Source: a virus | UHGV virus genome: UHGV-0033546 | Length of the DNA stretch: 64,000 nt | Direction: 5' to 3' (one strand) | In this document: piece after piece, positions 62,826-64,000 of the stretch | Numbering within the stretch: the first letter of the stretch is position 1 | Layout of the letters: the number at the start of each line of letters is the position of its first letter | The notes under the pieces: model-generated | The model's database searches: none | Seen by the model: the letters and a program-made list of their open reading frames with translations, nothing else | Told to the model about the DNA's origin: nothing | Translations under genes and position numbers: made by a program

Positions 62826-64000
62826 TCACACATAAAACACATCATAACGACCACGGGTGACACCAACATAAAGAAGTTGTTGAGCTAATTCAGCATCTGC
62901 ATAATGAATACAAGGCGTATAGATGAAAGCACGGTCTACAGACATGCCCTGAGCTTTATGGAATGTCGATGCAGGAAGTGCTTTCACTTTACTAAACTGT
63001 GATTTAGCATCCCAAAAATCACTCCATGGAGCTTTTCCGCCTTTGTTCCAATTTTTATAAGTTTCTGCCGTTTTACCTAAAAATAGGTTAAACTTATACA
63101 GCTCTTCATCAGATGAAATTATTTTAATCTTTTCACGATAATATTCATCATCGCCGTAAGTTTCTACTGTTAAATCCCAATGACGAATTAGATATTCTCC
63201 AGAAACACCACGAGCTTTAACAAAGGTTGATGTATACTCTGCTTCTATAATACGAACTAATTGTCCGTTGTTAAAAATAATTTCTGATACAGGCTTTCCA
63301 TCAATTTTATATGTTTTAATTAATGGTTCCTGCATTACAATAATTTCACCAACGATAAAATCTTTATCAGTTTCAAAAATCTTTTTACGAATGATGCTAT
63401 TTAACTTGTCAACAGATTTATTCGTAAATGCCATTACACGATTTTCAAACAAATCATCTAGTGATTTTACGATTGAAAAATAATTTACCATAAAATCGCG
63501 TAAAGCAGTATCACCAGTAAATCCACGTACTCCATGCCCGTCAACAACTTTATCATAAATCCACTTACCGTTGCGAACATCAGTAGCTACATCAATAATA
63601 GGAGCATTACTGCGTTTAACTTCAGTGAGTTCACACTGATAAAAGTCTTTGTGCGTAAAGAATGGACTGATATAAGCAGTGTTTTCTCCTGGGTCAACGG
63701 GTCTAATTTGCTTATTATCACCTATTCCAATTATAGTACACCACGGCGGGATAGTTGAAAGCAGAATTTTAAATAGCTTTCTATCATACATTGACACTTC
63801 GTCGCAGATTAATACTCTGCATTTAGCTAAATCCGGTACTTCTTTTTGTTCAAAAAGAACGTTTTCTTCATATGTTACCGGGTTAATTTTGAGAATACTG
63901 TGAATAGTACTCGCTTCTTTCCCCGATAGTTTTGAAAGAATCTTTTTAGCCGCATGTGTAGGAGCTGCTAAAATAATACCAGTTTCGCCTGTAGATATTA
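62826..64000 (-). CDS. dda: Dda DNA helicase, C-terminal part (start lies beyond window end)
   Basis: reading frame open to window edge; ...PTHAAKKILSKLSGKEASTIHSILK...GVTRGRYDVFYV matches T4 Dda as recalled. Confidence 0.9.
   Translation of the reverse strand, partial: ISTGETGIILAAPTHAAKKILSKLSGKEASTIHSILKINPVTYEENVLFEQKEVPDLAKCRVLICDEVSMYDRKLFKILLSTIPPWCTIIGIGDNKQIRPVDPGENTAYISPFFTHKDFYQCELTEVKRSNAPIIDVATDVRNGKWIYDKVVDGHGVRGFTGDTALRDFMVNYFSIVKSLDDLFENRVMAFTNKSVDKLNSIIRKKIFETDKDFIVGEIIVMQEPLIKTYKIDGKPVSEIIFNNGQLVRIIEAEYTSTFVKARGVSGEYLIRHWDLTVETYGDDEYYREKIKIISSDEELYKFNLFLGKTAETYKNWNKGGKAPWSDFWDAKSQFSKVKALPASTFHKAQGMSVDRAFIYTPCIHYADAELAQQLLYVGVTRGRYDVFYV

Overview
This window reads as one contiguous segment of a T-even (T4-like) coliphage genome, collinear with the T4 map from baseplate hub gene 27 through the dda helicase. 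Identification rests on ORF lengths, gene order and protein sequences recalled from memory (e.g. DNA ligase with the KADGARCF active-site motif, gp32, AsiA, MotA, holin T, RNase H, Pnk, Rnl1, rIIA/rIIB); no database search was run. Late structural genes (27-28-29-48-54 and 34-35-36-37-38-t) lie on the + strand; early and middle genes lie on the - strand. The phage is not the T4 type strain: td and nrdB are single uninterrupted ORFs, gene 39 is one unsplit 605-codon ORF, gp37 is longer than in T4 with a C-terminal chaperone-like domain, and gp38 is a glycine-rich T2-type adhesin. I found no tRNA genes or CRISPR arrays, though I did not scan exhaustively for tRNAs. I see no compelling evidence for a wholly undescribed system. 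The best candidates for a second look are a tandem Alt ADP-ribosyltransferase paralog pair, a NADAR/YbiA-like ORF, a HAD-like ORF with a His/aromatic tail, a chain of tiny coupled membrane peptides, and a recurrent early-promoter/leader module. The six-frame track translates GTG/TTG as M, so several track ORFs carry spurious N-terminal extensions that are really translated promoter sequence; I trimmed those to the first ATG with a ribosome-binding site.
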